From positions 2,410,497-2,474,496 of the forward strand of contig CAWEQT010000001.1 of assembly GCA_963811325.1 (NCBI GenBank): 64,000 nucleotides of DNA, in the 5' to 3' direction. Below, one piece after another: positions 1 to 10,867 of this stretch (position 1 is its first letter; every line of letters starts with the position of its first letter). Made by a program: the position numbers and the translations under genes. This DNA is from an uncultured delta proteobacterium. GTDB taxonomy: Bacteria; Desulfobacterota; Syntrophia; Syntrophales; Smithellaceae. The notes under the pieces are model-generated. The model saw nothing but the letters and a program-made list of their open reading frames with translations. It was not told the origin of the DNA and did not search any database.

Positions 1-1682
1 TTTGTTTTCTTCCCGGCAGGCAGTTTGAGTTTTTCAAACAGAATCGTCTGCATTTGTTTGGGCGAATTTATATTAAATTTTTCACCAGCAAGGCGATGAA
101 TCTTTTCTTCGGATAGAGACAGCAATTGTCTCAACTCCGTCGACATTTGCTTTAAAAGAGAGATGTCCACCAGTACGCCCTTTTTCTCCATATCGGCAAG
201 AACATACAAAAGCGGCATTTCCACATCTCGATAAAGCGAGAGGGCTCCTCCCTCTTCAATTTTTCCCTGTAGAACCGGGGCAAGAGTAAAAATGGCGTCG
301 GCTCGCTGCCCCTCGTGGGCGGCCATCTTATCGACAGGCACTAAAGCCAGAGAATAAGTTTTGCCTTTTCCTCCAGCCACATCGTTTTGCGCTGGAATGC
401 GCTCATGGAGATATTCCCAGGCAATTTCATCGAGTTCATAGGAGTGCCTGGCAGGATTAAGTAGATAGGCAGCCAAGTGCAAGTCTTCACCTGACCGCAC
501 TTCAAGGTTCGCAAGAGCTACAAGCGCTGTTTTGAGATTATAAACATATTTTTTTATTCTGGCACTGCCCAAGACTGGCGCAAGCGTGGCAAATACTTCT
601 TTTGAAGACAACTGCTCTTTGGCGTTGGTATGCCCAAGTGGCAGATAAAACACGTCGTCGCCTGTGCTCAAAGCCACGCCGATTAATTCTGGCGGGGGAG
701 TTTTCTCCCAGACAATTTCGCATGCGATTTTTGCGCTGCCTTGTAGCTTTGCGATCAGTCGAGATAGCGCTATGCTGCCCGAGACAACTTTGCACTCTTT
801 AACCGGCCTGGCGGTGTTTGTTTTAATTTGCTGTAAAAGCGAAGAAAATTCAAATTCGCTGAAGAGCTTGGCAAGACATTCCTTATCTGGCTCTTTGCGC
901 GCAGCGTCTTGCAGATCAAATTCGATATCAATATTTTTGCGAATCAACGCCAGCTGGCGACTAAGCCTGGCCTGTTCGGCGTACTGTTGAAAACTATCGC
1001 GTAATTTCACATTGCGCAGGTTCGCCGCATTTTCAATGACCGATTCCACCGAACCATATTCTTCGATAAGCCTCTGCGCCGTCTTCGGGCCGATTCCCGG
1101 CACTCCAGGAATGTTATCGGATGTATCGCCCATCAATCCCAGAATCTCCACAACCTTGTCCGGTCCCACTCCGAATTTTTCTTTCACAGCCGCCACATCA
1201 TAGGTTTTATCTTTCATCGTATCGACCATCGTAACCTGATCGTTAATCATTTGCATTAAATCCTTGTCGCCGGAGATGATAGCCGTGCGCCATCCTTTTT
1301 CACTCACCTGAAACGTAAGCGTCCCAATCAAATCATCTGCTTCGACACCCTGTTTTTCCATAACGCAAATAGAAAAGCCGCGGACAATATCCTTGATAAA
1401 CGGAATCTGCGGAATCAGGTCGTCCGGCATAGGTTTTCGCGTCGCTTTATAATCTTCGAATTCACCATGACGAGTTGTCGGCCCTCTGAGATCAAACGCC
1501 ACCACAATGTAATCCGGTGTGAGATCGCGCAATAGTTTCATCAGCATGTTAGTAAAGCCGTAAATGGCGTTGGTGGGGAAACCTTTTGAGTTTGTCAAAA
1601 GAGGTATCGCATAGAAAGCCCGATAAATATAATTACTGCCGTCAACAATAGCTACCAGTGGTGTTTTGTTTTTTTCTGTCAT
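1..1682 (-). CDS. polA: DNA polymerase I, 5' part (runs off the left edge)
   Basis: Manual translation from ATG at 1682: MTEKNKTPLVAIVDGSNYIYRAFYAIP... (5'-3' exonuclease), later VEMPLLYVLADMEKKGV and FNINSPKQ (polymerase domain). Absent from the ORF track because it has no stop in the window. Confidence 0.95.
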   Translation of the reverse strand, partial: MTEKNKTPLVAIVDGSNYIYRAFYAIPLLTNSKGFPTNAIYGFTNMLMKLLRDLTPDYIVVAFDLRGPTTRHGEFEDYKATRKPMPDDLIPQIPFIKDIVRGFSICVMEKQGVEADDLIGTLTFQVSEKGWRTAIISGDKDLMQMINDQVTMVDTMKDKTYDVAAVKEKFGVGPDKVVEILGLMGDTSDNIPGVPGIGPKTAQRLIEEYGSVESVIENAANLRNVKLRDSFQQYAEQARLSRQLALIRKNIDIEFDLQDAARKEPDKECLAKLFSEFEFSSLLQQIKTNTARPVKECKVVSGSIALSRLIAKLQGSAKIACEIVWEKTPPPELIGVALSTGDDVFYLPLGHTNAKEQLSSKEVFATLAPVLGSARIKKYVYNLKTALVALANLEVRSGEDLHLAAYLLNPARHSYELDEIAWEYLHERIPAQNDVAGGKGKTYSLALVPVDKMAAHEGQRADAIFTLAPVLQGKIEEGGALSLYRDVEMPLLYVLADMEKKGVLVDISLLKQMSTELRQLLSLSEEKIHRLAGEKFNINSPKQMQTILFEKLKLPAGKKT

Positions 1683-1801
1683 AAGTCATCACTTTTATTA
1701 AATATTAAATGTTTATGTTATAATACGTTGAGGATGCCTACCCAGGCATACGCCGGGATTTGTTGTCGACAAAGGCAGTCAAACAAATACGTGCCGGCCT
1801 C

Positions 1802-3316
1802 TCATAAATCAAAAGACGCGTTAATCTTAAAAGTTCGTAACGTCCGCATGTCCAGGATATCTGTCACGCCGGTTTTTTCTTTTACATCTTTTAGAAACTT
1901 CTCTAACTCTTTGGCATTCGCGGCGCTGACTGTAAACCAGATATTGTATTCATTATCGCGCCGGTAATTATGCGTGACATTTTTATTGGCGTTCACGACC
2001 GCAACGAAGTTATCTATTTTTCCTTCCGACACACGCGCGGCGCAAAGAGTGCTGACCCGGCCCAGTTTTGCTCCGTCAAACACCGCTCCAATGCGGCGTA
2101 TGATGCCTTTGTCTTTCATCTTCCGGATGCGGCGGATAGTCTCATCCTCACTGATTCCGCAGTGCTTGCCGACAATCAAGAAAGGCTCATCTTCCAGCGG
2201 AAATTCCTTTTGTAGAATATTTAATATCTTTTTATCAATTTCGTCCATGATATATATTTTACCATCTTTAGGCTGATATAGACACAACGGTTCTTCAGCG
2301 AGATAATCTCCTGTCGCTTCATACGCACGCGCCCGGCAGCCGCCGCAAACATTGATAAACTCACAGCGGCCGCATTTGCCGCCATACCCGCTGTTATCGC
2401 GCAAAATGTTAAAAACTTCAGAGTTTTCCCATATATCGGCAAAGCTCTGTTTTTGCACATTGCCGCAATTCAGTTCCAGATAGCCGCAGGGTTGCACCTG
2501 GCCAACATGGGAAATAAAACAAAACGTTATGCCGCCCAAGCAACCCCTTGCGGATTCATGAAAGTGGCTTCCCGCTTTTTTATTAGGCTCCACACCCATG
2601 ATCTTATTCTGATGCATAATGCGGAAATAATGCGGCGCGCAGGTGGCTTTGAGTTGAATTTCACAACTCATGCTTTCCTGATGAAACCATAGCAACGTAT
2701 CTTCATAATCAGCGGCTGTTATTGCCTGACTGGCAAGTTCTTTTCCCCGGCCAGTGGGCACAAGCAAAAAAATATGATGTGCCACCGCTCCCAGTTTTTT
2801 AGCTAATTCCAGAATATCTTTAATTTGATTGAGATTGGCTGTTGTGATTGTCGTGTTGATTTGAAATTCCATTCCGGTATCTTTGAGCGCGGCAATTCCA
2901 GCTATCGCTGCGGCAAATGCGCCTTTCTCCTGACGAAACACGTCATGGCTTTGCGCATCCTTGCCGTCAATGCTGATGCTGACTCTTTTAATTCCGCTTT
3001 GAATCATTTTCTTTACGACAGCCGGAGTAACTAAAGTGCCATTAGTCGCCAGGACCATGCGCAACCCTTTGGTTGTTCCATAGGAGGCAATTCCGAAAAT
3101 ATCCGGCCGTAGAAGCGGCTCACCGCCGGTAAGAATAATCACCGGCGAGGATACGGCGGCAATTTCATCAATAAGTTGAAAGCATTTCTTAGTGGAAAGC
3201 TCACCCGGATAAGGTCCGTAACTTGCCGCTGCCCGACAATGAGTGCAGTTTAAATTGCAGCTGCGCGTCACTTCCCATGCGATCATGCGGACTTCATTAT
3301 CAAGGGCAATCGTCAT
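1802..3316 (-). CDS. ahbD: Radical SAM haem synthase AhbD fused in frame to an Lrp/AsnC-like sirohaem decarboxylase subunit (AhbA-like)
   Basis: CNLNCTHC radical SAM motif and SPASM cysteines (CGRCEFINVCGGCRAR). The C-terminal ~148 aa (MDEIDKKILNILQKEFPL...VTHNYRR...YNIWFT) are AhbA/NirD-like. Haem operon context. Confidence 0.85.
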   Translation of the reverse strand: MTIALDNEVRMIAWEVTRSCNLNCTHCRAAASYGPYPGELSTKKCFQLIDEIAAVSSPVIILTGGEPLLRPDIFGIASYGTTKGLRMVLATNGTLVTPAVVKKMIQSGIKRVSISIDGKDAQSHDVFRQEKGAFAAAIAGIAALKDTGMEFQINTTITTANLNQIKDILELAKKLGAVAHHIFLLVPTGRGKELASQAITAADYEDTLLWFHQESMSCEIQLKATCAPHYFRIMHQNKIMGVEPNKKAGSHFHESARGCLGGITFCFISHVGQVQPCGYLELNCGNVQKQSFADIWENSEVFNILRDNSGYGGKCGRCEFINVCGGCRARAYEATGDYLAEEPLCLYQPKDGKIYIMDEIDKKILNILQKEFPLEDEPFLIVGKHCGISEDETIRRIRKMKDKGIIRRIGAVFDGAKLGRVSTLCAARVSEGKIDNFVAVVNANKNVTHNYRRDNEYNIWFTVSAANAKELEKFLKDVKEKTGVTDILDMRTLRTFKINASFDL

Positions 3317-3328
3317 AATAGTTACATT

Positions 3329-4303
3329 TTATTTATTCAGCAGTTTTGCTATCTGTAAAGCGAAATAGGTGATGATAATATCCGCGCCGGCGCGTTTGAT
3401 GGCCGTCAGCGATTCCATCATGGCTTTTTCTTCATCCAGCCAGCCCATCTGAGCAGCGGCTTTAATCATCGAATATTCACCGCTGACATTGTACGCCGCG
3501 ACAGGCAAATCAAATTCCTGTTTCGCGCGGCAAATAATATCCAGATAAGCCAGCGCTGGTTTCACCATGATGATATCCGCGCCTTCACCAACATCCAGCG
3601 ACATTTCCCTTATTGCTTCGTCGGCATTGGCCGGATCCATTTGATAAGCTTTTCTATCGCCGAATTGCGGCGTGCTTTCGGCTGCCTCACGGAAAGGTCC
3701 ATAAAAAGACGAGGCGTATTTTGCCGCGTAAGCCATGATGGGTATATCCTCAAAAACATTTTCGTCAAGCGCCTCGCGGATTGCCGCTACCTGCCCGTCC
3801 ATCATTGCCGACGGCGCCACCATATCGGCTCCGGCGCGCACTTGTGAAACAGCCGTTTCCGCCAGAACTTCCAGCGTCGTGTCGTTTTGCACACTGTCTT
3901 TTTTCAGTATGCCGCAATGTCCGTGGCTGGTGTATTCACACAGACAGACATCGGTAATCACCAGGATATCCGGCGATTCATTTTTAATTCGCTTTACGGT
4001 CTGCTGTACAATGCCGTCTTTGGCAAACGCACCCGTGGCCATCTCATCTTTCTTTGCCGGAATGCCAAAGAGCAAGACAGCAGGTATTCCCAGCTCACGC
4101 GCTTCCCGCACTTCCTTGGCAATATTATCAACGGATAGTTGAAATTGACCGGGCATGGATGAAATCGGTTTTTTGAAATTTTTCCCGGGCACCGCGAAAA
4201 GCGGATAAACCAGATCGTCAACACTTAAACTTGTTTCACGTATCAAACGCCGGAAGTTTTCATTCTTTCTCAACCTGCGAACACGATATTCCGGAAATTG
4301 CAT
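3329..4303 (-). CDS. hemB: Porphobilinogen synthase
   Basis: [30 protein letters not shown] and [12 protein letters not shown] motifs. Confidence 0.97.
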   Translation of the reverse strand: MQFPEYRVRRLRKNENFRRLIRETSLSVDDLVYPLFAVPGKNFKKPISSMPGQFQLSVDNIAKEVREARELGIPAVLLFGIPAKKDEMATGAFAKDGIVQQTVKRIKNESPDILVITDVCLCEYTSHGHCGILKKDSVQNDTTLEVLAETAVSQVRAGADMVAPSAMMDGQVAAIREALDENVFEDIPIMAYAAKYASSFYGPFREAAESTPQFGDRKAYQMDPANADEAIREMSLDVGEGADIIMVKPALAYLDIICRAKQEFDLPVAAYNVSGEYSMIKAAAQMGWLDEEKAMMESLTAIKRAGADIIITYFALQIAKLLNK

Positions 4304-4306
4304 TTT

Positions 4307-5494
4307 TTAATCCTCCCTTTTGCTTATTTCTTCATCCGTCAAATAGCAGGCGGGATCAGGCCCCCAGAGATCTCCTGCCGATTCCGCCCGGGCACGAAAA
4401 TTGCCGCCGCAAATGTTCAGCCACACGCATCCAGCGCATCGGCCGTGAACGTGCTTCTTTTTATCTTTTAATTTCATCAATAACTCGTTTTTTTCATCCG
4501 TCCAGATATCTCCGAATGTTTTCTGACGCACATTACCCAGCGGTTGATCGCGCCAGAACTGGTCGGGATAAACTTCTCCGTTCCAGCTAACACAACCGAT
4601 ACCGTGGCCGGAACTGTTACCCTCGTTCATATCCAGAAGTTCCAGAATTTCTTTGGCGCGTTTAGGATTTTCTTTTTTCATTTTCAGATACAGATACGGG
4701 CCGTCGGCGTGATTATCCACCGTAAGAATTTCCGGAAACAGGCCGCCATCAAACATCTTTTTGGTTCGAACGGCTATCAAATCAATCAAACTGCGTGTTT
4801 CTTCATGGGTCAAATCCTCCTCCCGCAGTTTGGAGCCGCGGCCGGTGTAAACAAGATGATAGAAACACAGCCTTTCAATTTTTTCTTTTCGGAGTAAATC
4901 AAACATGGCTGGCACATCGGTGAGATTTTGCTTGTTGACCGTAAAACGGATGCCGACTTTGATTCCCGCATCGCGGCAGTTCCGGATTCCTTCGATGGCT
5001 GCGGCAAAAGCGCCCTTCTTGCCCCGGAAACGGTCATGTGTTTTTTCGAGACCGTCGAGACTCACGCCAACATAGGAAAGGCCGATCTTTTGGAGTTTGG
5101 CCGCAAGCTCTTTGGTGATAAGTGTGCCGTTGGTGGAAATAACCACCCGCATTCCTTTGTCTGTCGCGTATTGCGCTAGTTCCAGCAAATCTTTACGTAG
5201 CAGCGGCTCGCCGCCGGAAAAGAGAATCACCGGAGAACCGAATTGTGCCAGATCATCAATGAGCTTTTTGCCTTCTTTTGTGGTTAATTCGTCGGGATAA
5301 TCAATGTCTGCGGAATTAGAATAGCAGTGAATGCATTTTAAATTGCAGCGGCGCGTCATATTCCAGACGACAACAGGTTTTTTATCCGACGAAAACTGAA
5401 GCAAATGCGAAGGCAATTGTCCGGATTGCCTGTTGTAGCGGAGCACATCGGATGGTTCCACCGCTCCGCAATATAATTTGGAAATGCCAATCAT
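4307..5494 (-). CDS. ahbC: 12,18-didecarboxysirohaem deacetylase (radical SAM)
   Basis: MIGISKLYCG N-terminus, KPVVVWNMTRRCNLKCIHCY, TVDNHADG; position in the Ahb operon. Confidence 0.9.
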   Translation of the reverse strand: MIGISKLYCGAVEPSDVLRYNRQSGQLPSHLLQFSSDKKPVVVWNMTRRCNLKCIHCYSNSADIDYPDELTTKEGKKLIDDLAQFGSPVILFSGGEPLLRKDLLELAQYATDKGMRVVISTNGTLITKELAAKLQKIGLSYVGVSLDGLEKTHDRFRGKKGAFAAAIEGIRNCRDAGIKVGIRFTVNKQNLTDVPAMFDLLRKEKIERLCFYHLVYTGRGSKLREEDLTHEETRSLIDLIAVRTKKMFDGGLFPEILTVDNHADGPYLYLKMKKENPKRAKEILELLDMNEGNSSGHGIGCVSWNGEVYPDQFWRDQPLGNVRQKTFGDIWTDEKNELLMKLKDKKKHVHGRCAGCVWLNICGGNFRARAESAGDLWGPDPACYLTDEEISKRED

Positions 5495-7047
5495 TTGTTT
5501 TTACCTCGTTTTCTTGCCACGGGTTTTTCCCCAAAGTAATCGATTAATGCCTGAACCAGCCCTTCCATTGTATATTCTTCCTGATGGATATGGACTGATA
5601 ATCCGACTTTCTTTGCCGCGGCCGCGGTGACAGGCCCGATGCAGGCAATTTTGACGCCTTTGGGCAATGAAAAATTTCGTCCCATAATTTTCACGAAGTT
5701 ATTCACTATAGAAGAACTGGTAAAGGTAATCACGTCCACCTGATTTTCTTTGAATAGTGCTTTCAAATCGCTTTTCTTCTTCCCCGAATTAACTGTAACG
5801 TAGGCGGTAACAACATCAACCTGAGCGCCAAGTTTTTTCAAACCTTCGGGAAGAACTTCACGCGCCTTGGCCGCTCTGGCGATAAGTATCTTCTTCCCCC
5901 GTAAATTTATACCGGAGAAGGATTCAAGAATCCCTTCGGAAATAAATTTTTCTGGAATAAGATCAACCCTGATTCCTTTGCTCTGCACCTGCTGTTCTGT
6001 TGCCGGACCTATACAGCAAATCTTTATACCTTTCAGATTGCGGATATCTTTGGCTTTCGCAAACAGCCGTTCAAAAAAGAACGAAACGCCATTGGCGCTG
6101 GTGAATATCAGCCAGTCGTAATCTTCCATCTTTTTTATCGCATTATCAAGACAGCGCCAATCCGGCGGAGGAACAATTTTAATTGTGGGAAAATGAATAG
6201 GATTAGCCCCTTCTTTAATCAGCAGTTGCGCCAGATCATCGGCCTGCTTTTCCGGACGTGTGATTACGATATTTTTGCCAAAAAGCGGTTTTACATCAAA
6301 CCAATTTAGCGTTTCACGCAAATCAACTACCTTGCCGACAACAAGAATTGCCGGAGGCGCAAACTTTAACTCTTTTGCGAGCATGGAAATATTGGCCAAA
6401 GTACTTGTAAGAATTTCCTGACGCGTTGTTGTGCCCCAGCGAATCAGCGCGGCAGGTGTTTTCGAAGGCTTGCCATTGTCTGTCAATTCCTTCGCAATTT
6501 TTTCTATATTTTTTACACCCATGAGAAAAACCAGCGTTCCGATACTGGCCAGCGCCGACCAGTCAATATCGCTTTTTTCTTTGGTCGGGTCCTCATGGCC
6601 TGTGACAAACGCAACCGTGGAAGTCAAACCTCGATGAGTGAGCGGAATGCCGGCATAAGCGGGAACAGCGATAGCGGAGGTGATGCCGGGGACAACTTCA
6701 AAGAGAATATCGCTGGCGGCAAGTTTTTCCGCCTCTTCCCCGCCGCGGCCGAAAATAAAAGGATCGCCTCCTTTAAGGCGTGCGACGGTATTACCGGCCT
6801 TTGCTTCTTTTACCAGAAGGTCGTTAATTTGCCACTGCGATAAAGTATGAGCGCCGCCCTGTTTCCCGGCGTAAATAAAGCTAGCGTCATCCCGGGCGTA
6901 TTTTAATAAATCTTTATTGACAAGATAATCATAAATGACGACTTCGGCTATGCCGAGACATTCAATGCCTTTGAGCGTAATCAGTCCCGCATCGCCCGGC
7001 CCGGCACCAATGATATAAACCTTCCCTTTTTTCGTTTTTTTATTCAT
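5491..7047 (-). CDS. cobA: Uroporphyrinogen-III C-methyltransferase/uroporphyrinogen-III synthase fusion (CobA/HemD)
   Basis: GAGPGDAGLIT and RLKGGDPFIFGRGGEE, followed by a HemD domain (IFTSANGV, FTSSS, CIGPVT). Confidence 0.93.
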   Translation of the reverse strand: MNKKTKKGKVYIIGAGPGDAGLITLKGIECLGIAEVVIYDYLVNKDLLKYARDDASFIYAGKQGGAHTLSQWQINDLLVKEAKAGNTVARLKGGDPFIFGRGGEEAEKLAASDILFEVVPGITSAIAVPAYAGIPLTHRGLTSTVAFVTGHEDPTKEKSDIDWSALASIGTLVFLMGVKNIEKIAKELTDNGKPSKTPAALIRWGTTTRQEILTSTLANISMLAKELKFAPPAILVVGKVVDLRETLNWFDVKPLFGKNIVITRPEKQADDLAQLLIKEGANPIHFPTIKIVPPPDWRCLDNAIKKMEDYDWLIFTSANGVSFFFERLFAKAKDIRNLKGIKICCIGPATEQQVQSKGIRVDLIPEKFISEGILESFSGINLRGKKILIARAAKAREVLPEGLKKLGAQVDVVTAYVTVNSGKKKSDLKALFKENQVDVITFTSSSIVNNFVKIMGRNFSLPKGVKIACIGPVTAAAAKKVGLSVHIHQEEYTMEGLVQALIDYFGEKPVARKRGKNK

Positions 7048-7051
7048 ATAA

Positions 7052-7966
7052 TCAGCACATTAGATCCAAAAGTCCTTTGCCACCCTTGTCCAGAATTATT
7101 TCCGCTAGCTTCTCTCCCAATTCTTTGGCCTCTTCTTTAGCGCCGTTTATTTTATCACGAATCACAGTGGTTCCATTCGGCGCGGCAATCATGCCTTCCA
7201 GCGAAAGCCGCTGACCATCGAGTTTGCCCAACGCAGCAATCGGCAGACGGCATCCTCCTCCCAGCGCCTGCAGAAAAAAACGCTCGGCGGTAACTTCCAC
7301 AGCGGTTGTAGCATCATTCAATGCGGCACAAGCCTTTGCCAGATCAATATCCATCTTGCGAGTCTGCAAACCCAGCGCGCCCTGGCCGACTGCCGGAAGC
7401 ATCGTTTCCACCGGCAGAAATTGCGTAATTCTCTCGGCTAATCCCATTCTCTTCATGCCTGCCGCCGCAAGTATTACACCTGTAAGATTTTCCGTTTCTA
7501 TCTTTTTCAATCTAGTATCAATATTACCCCGTAGCGGAACAATATTAACATCGGGCAATATCGCTTTAATCTGCGCACCTCGTCTTTGAGAGCTGGTGCC
7601 GATTTTCGCCCCTTTGGGCATAAACTCCAGTTTAATATTGTCGCGTGATACCAAAACATCGCGAATATCTTCGCGCGGCAGAATCGCTGCGAATATCAGC
7701 TCATCTGGCGTTTCCCCCGGAACATCCTTCATGCTGTGAACTGCCAGATCAATTTTCCCCGAAAGCAGGGCATCTTCGATTTCCTTGACGAAAACTCCCT
7801 GACCGCCGATTTTGAGCAAGGATACGTCCTGCATAATATCGCCACTGGTCTTGATAACACAAATTTCAATGCTTGCTTCCGGCATTATTTTCATAATTAT
7901 TTGGGCGACAAAATTTGTCTGCATCAATGCCAGTTTGCTTCCGCGTGTTCCTATTTTCAAATTCAT
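7052..7966 (-). CDS. hemC: Hydroxymethylbilane synthase
   Basis: IGTRGSKLAL, AVHSMKDVP, LRGNIDTRL, GGGCRLPI. Confidence 0.97.
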   Translation of the reverse strand: MNLKIGTRGSKLALMQTNFVAQIIMKIMPEASIEICVIKTSGDIMQDVSLLKIGGQGVFVKEIEDALLSGKIDLAVHSMKDVPGETPDELIFAAILPREDIRDVLVSRDNIKLEFMPKGAKIGTSSQRRGAQIKAILPDVNIVPLRGNIDTRLKKIETENLTGVILAAAGMKRMGLAERITQFLPVETMLPAVGQGALGLQTRKMDIDLAKACAALNDATTAVEVTAERFFLQALGGGCRLPIAALGKLDGQRLSLEGMIAAPNGTTVIRDKINGAKEEAKELGEKLAEIILDKGGKGLLDLMC

Positions 7967-8142
7967 ACAAATCCTGATTTAATTTTACTTTGTTACTCAC
8001 TAATAAACCCATACCCATCATCTATTAATGAATGGGAAGATTGTTTTTTCCCCCAATATCAATTTGAGCGGCCATTGAAAGCGAAAGGATATTTGGGCAA
8101 CGTTCCTTTGAAATATTATTTTTCATTGACATTTTACCTTTT

Positions 8143-9405
8143 CTATCCATCCAAGCGGAAAAGCCGCCGCACCGCCGCCACAATATCGCGGGAACTGAAT
8201 TCGGAACTTTCTTCTTTTAAAACCGCAACAGGAGAATGCAATATCTTGTTCACGATAGAATTAACCAGATTATCTATTTTCCCCTGATCATCTTTGTTAA
8301 GGTTTTGCATCCAGCCTGCGGCTTTATCCATCTCCGTCCTTACAATTTCTTTAGCCTTGTTGCGCAGGGATACTATTGTCGGCACGGATTCCAGCTCTTT
8401 CTGCCAGTTAATATATCTTTCCACTTCTTCTTCCACAATCATTTCGGCTTTTATAGCTTCCTTCCTGCGAACATTCATATTTTCATCAACAATATCCTGA
8501 AGGTTGTCAATATTGTAAAGATAAACGTTTTCCAGAGAACTTGCCTCCGGTTCAATGTCGCGGGGCACGGCTATATCAATCAGAAACAGCAGACGGTTTT
8601 TACGCTGATGATGAATTCTTTTGAGCATATCCGCAGTAACTATAAAGTCGTGAGCTCCTGTGGAACTGATGACAATATCCGCCTCTATAAGTTTTGCCTC
8701 CAGTGCGTCCAGTGATACCGCTTCTCCATGAAATTTTTCCGCCAGAAGCGAGGCCTGCGCAAGCGATCTGTTGGCGACTATTAACGATTGTGCGCCGTTG
8801 CTGATCAAATGCATTCCTGTCAATTCGGCCATTTCCCCGGCCCCAATTAATAAAATCTTCTTGCCACCCAGCGTTCCGAATATTTTTTTGGCCAGTTCCA
8901 CCCCGGCAAAACTAACAGATACCGGATTGACTGCGATAGCTGTTTCCGTCCGTACGCGTTTGGCCGCGCGAAAGGAACAATGCATCAAACGATTCAAAAC
9001 AACACCGGTCGAGTATTGCGCCAGCGCCTGGCGATAAGCATCTTTCACCTGCCCGAGAATTTGAGTCTCGCCCATGACCATAGAATCAAGGCTTGATGCC
9101 ACGCGAAAAATATGACGCACCGCTTCTTCATCACGATATTCGTAAAAACAGCTTGCCCCTTCCGCCGCAGTCAGAGAGCCGCTACTCGCCAGAAAATCAC
9201 TTAAGTCCTCGATGACCTCCTCATGCTCTTCGACGCTGGCAATAATTTCAATGCGGTTACATGTGGAAAGATACAGAACTTCCCCCACACCGTTTAATGA
9301 CCGCAGGCGGGCAAGCAGGTCTTTTTCGTCTTGACAACCGGCAAATATTTTTTCCCGGACAGCAATGGACGCTGTTTTATGATTTAATCCTACTAATACA
9401 ATCAT
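8143..9405 (-). CDS. hemA: Glutamyl-tRNA reductase
   Basis: GLNHKTA, LSTCNRIE, SLDSMVMGETQILGQVK, IDIAVPRDIE. Confidence 0.97.
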   Translation of the reverse strand: MIVLVGLNHKTASIAVREKIFAGCQDEKDLLARLRSLNGVGEVLYLSTCNRIEIIASVEEHEEVIEDLSDFLASSGSLTAAEGASCFYEYRDEEAVRHIFRVASSLDSMVMGETQILGQVKDAYRQALAQYSTGVVLNRLMHCSFRAAKRVRTETAIAVNPVSVSFAGVELAKKIFGTLGGKKILLIGAGEMAELTGMHLISNGAQSLIVANRSLAQASLLAEKFHGEAVSLDALEAKLIEADIVISSTGAHDFIVTADMLKRIHHQRKNRLLFLIDIAVPRDIEPEASSLENVYLYNIDNLQDIVDENMNVRRKEAIKAEMIVEEEVERYINWQKELESVPTIVSLRNKAKEIVRTEMDKAAGWMQNLNKDDQGKIDNLVNSIVNKILHSPVAVLKEESSEFSSRDIVAAVRRLFRLDG

Positions 9406-9408
9406 ATT

Positions 9409-10239
9409 TTAAATAAAGTTATGCAAAGTTGAAAAACAAAATCTTACACTTCCATAGGATAATAAAAGAAGAATAAAAGCGGCAAAAGAAACTAAAGCCA
9501 TCCGATAACCCCTCCAGCCAATGGCAATACGCTGATGCAGAAGAGATCCATAGATAATCCAACAGGCAAAAGTCCAGATAATTTTCGGATCCGTCAGCCA
9601 TCCTGCTCTCCAGCTGAACTCCGCAAATACCATCCCGGCCAAAACCCCAACTGATAAAACAGGGAAACCCCACAGCAGACAAATGTGATTAATTCTGTCA
9701 AGGTCATCGAGTGACGGCAACAGCCTGCTCATCTTGCTTAATTTTTTATTTTTCAGCAAACCGTTTTGAATTATGAACATGGCTCCGGCACATGATGCAA
9801 GTATAAATAAAGCTTCCCCTGTAATTGTTAAAAACATGTGCACAGCAGTCAGCCAACTTTGCAAATTTGCAGGCAGCAGGATTTTGCCTGTTTCTTGTCC
9901 GGCGGCGGCTATCATGAACAACAGAATAAAAGGAGAAATGAAAGCGCCTAGTGATCTTGTTTTGGTTTTAAATTGCAGGACAAGATAAACTCCGCTTACC
10001 GACCAGGCGCAAAGAGAAAGAAAATCACGCGAACCGAAATTAATAAGCCCCCCAGAATTTATGACCACAAACAATAAATTAATCGTTAAAAAACTGAAGG
10101 CGGCGGCCAGAATCCATGTGGAGATTTTGGCAAACTTTATTTTTTTAATAAGGAGAGAAAGCAAATAACCTGCTATGCTTACAGCGCAGAGGATAAAGGC
10201 AATCTTGAATGAAATTAGTTCCAGATTAATTAAAATCAA
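9409..10239 (-). CDS. ccsA: Cytochrome c biogenesis protein, CcsA/HemX family
   Basis: Polytopic membrane protein with WLTDPKIIW motif, directly upstream of hemA. Confidence 0.8.
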   Translation of the reverse strand: MILINLELISFKIAFILCAVSIAGYLLSLLIKKIKFAKISTWILAAAFSFLTINLLFVVINSGGLINFGSRDFLSLCAWSVSGVYLVLQFKTKTRSLGAFISPFILLFMIAAAGQETGKILLPANLQSWLTAVHMFLTITGEALFILASCAGAMFIIQNGLLKNKKLSKMSRLLPSLDDLDRINHICLLWGFPVLSVGVLAGMVFAEFSWRAGWLTDPKIIWTFACWIIYGSLLHQRIAIGWRGYRMALVSFAAFILLLLSYGSVRFCFSTLHNFI

Positions 10240-10867
10240 TTTCTATTTCCTCTCCGGTAATTTTTTGTACAATCTCTTTCAATTTTTTTGTGTCCTTCTT
10301 CTTAATAAAATCCAGTATGCCGGCCGCTAATAAAGATTTGAACCAATCTTTTCCAACCCCCACGTTTTTTGCCATTTTGACGCGCAAGTTCCCCAGAATG
10401 GTGAGAAGTATTTCATATTCCTCACCATATCTGGATTCCAATTCTTCTCTTAGATGGCGGGCAAGAGCGGGACTTTTCCCACCGGTGCTTATTGCCATCG
10501 CCAGATCGCCTCTTTGCACCACTGAGGGCAAAATAAAATCGCATTTTTGCGGATCGTCAACAATATTTACCGGTATGCCTTTGCTGCGGGCATCAAGAGA
10601 TATCATCGCATTGGTTTTTTCATCATCAGTCGCCCCGATAATCAAAGCGGCTCCGTTAATTAAATCGCCTGAGTATTGGGCGGCAATATGACAAATAACA
10701 TTTTTTTCTTTCAGCGCGGCAAGCTCCTGCGCCAATTGGGGGCTGATTACAAAAACTTTAGCTCCGCAATCAAGGAGCCTGTCGGCCTTTCTAGCGGCAA
10801 CTTCACCGCCGCCGACAATGACACATTTTTTGTCTTTAATATCCAAGAAAACCGGGTAATATTTCAA
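10226..10867 (-). CDS. Precorrin-2 dehydrogenase/sirohydrochlorin ferrochelatase (SirC/CysG N-terminal type)
   Basis: YYPVFLDI, VGGGEVAARK, NIVDDPQKCDFILPS, ISTGGKSPALA. Confidence 0.9.
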   Translation of the reverse strand: MKYYPVFLDIKDKKCVIVGGGEVAARKADRLLDCGAKVFVISPQLAQELAALKEKNVICHIAAQYSGDLINGAALIIGATDDEKTNAMISLDARSKGIPVNIVDDPQKCDFILPSVVQRGDLAMAISTGGKSPALARHLREELESRYGEEYEILLTILGNLRVKMAKNVGVGKDWFKSLLAAGILDFIKKKDTKKLKEIVQKITGEEIEIDFN

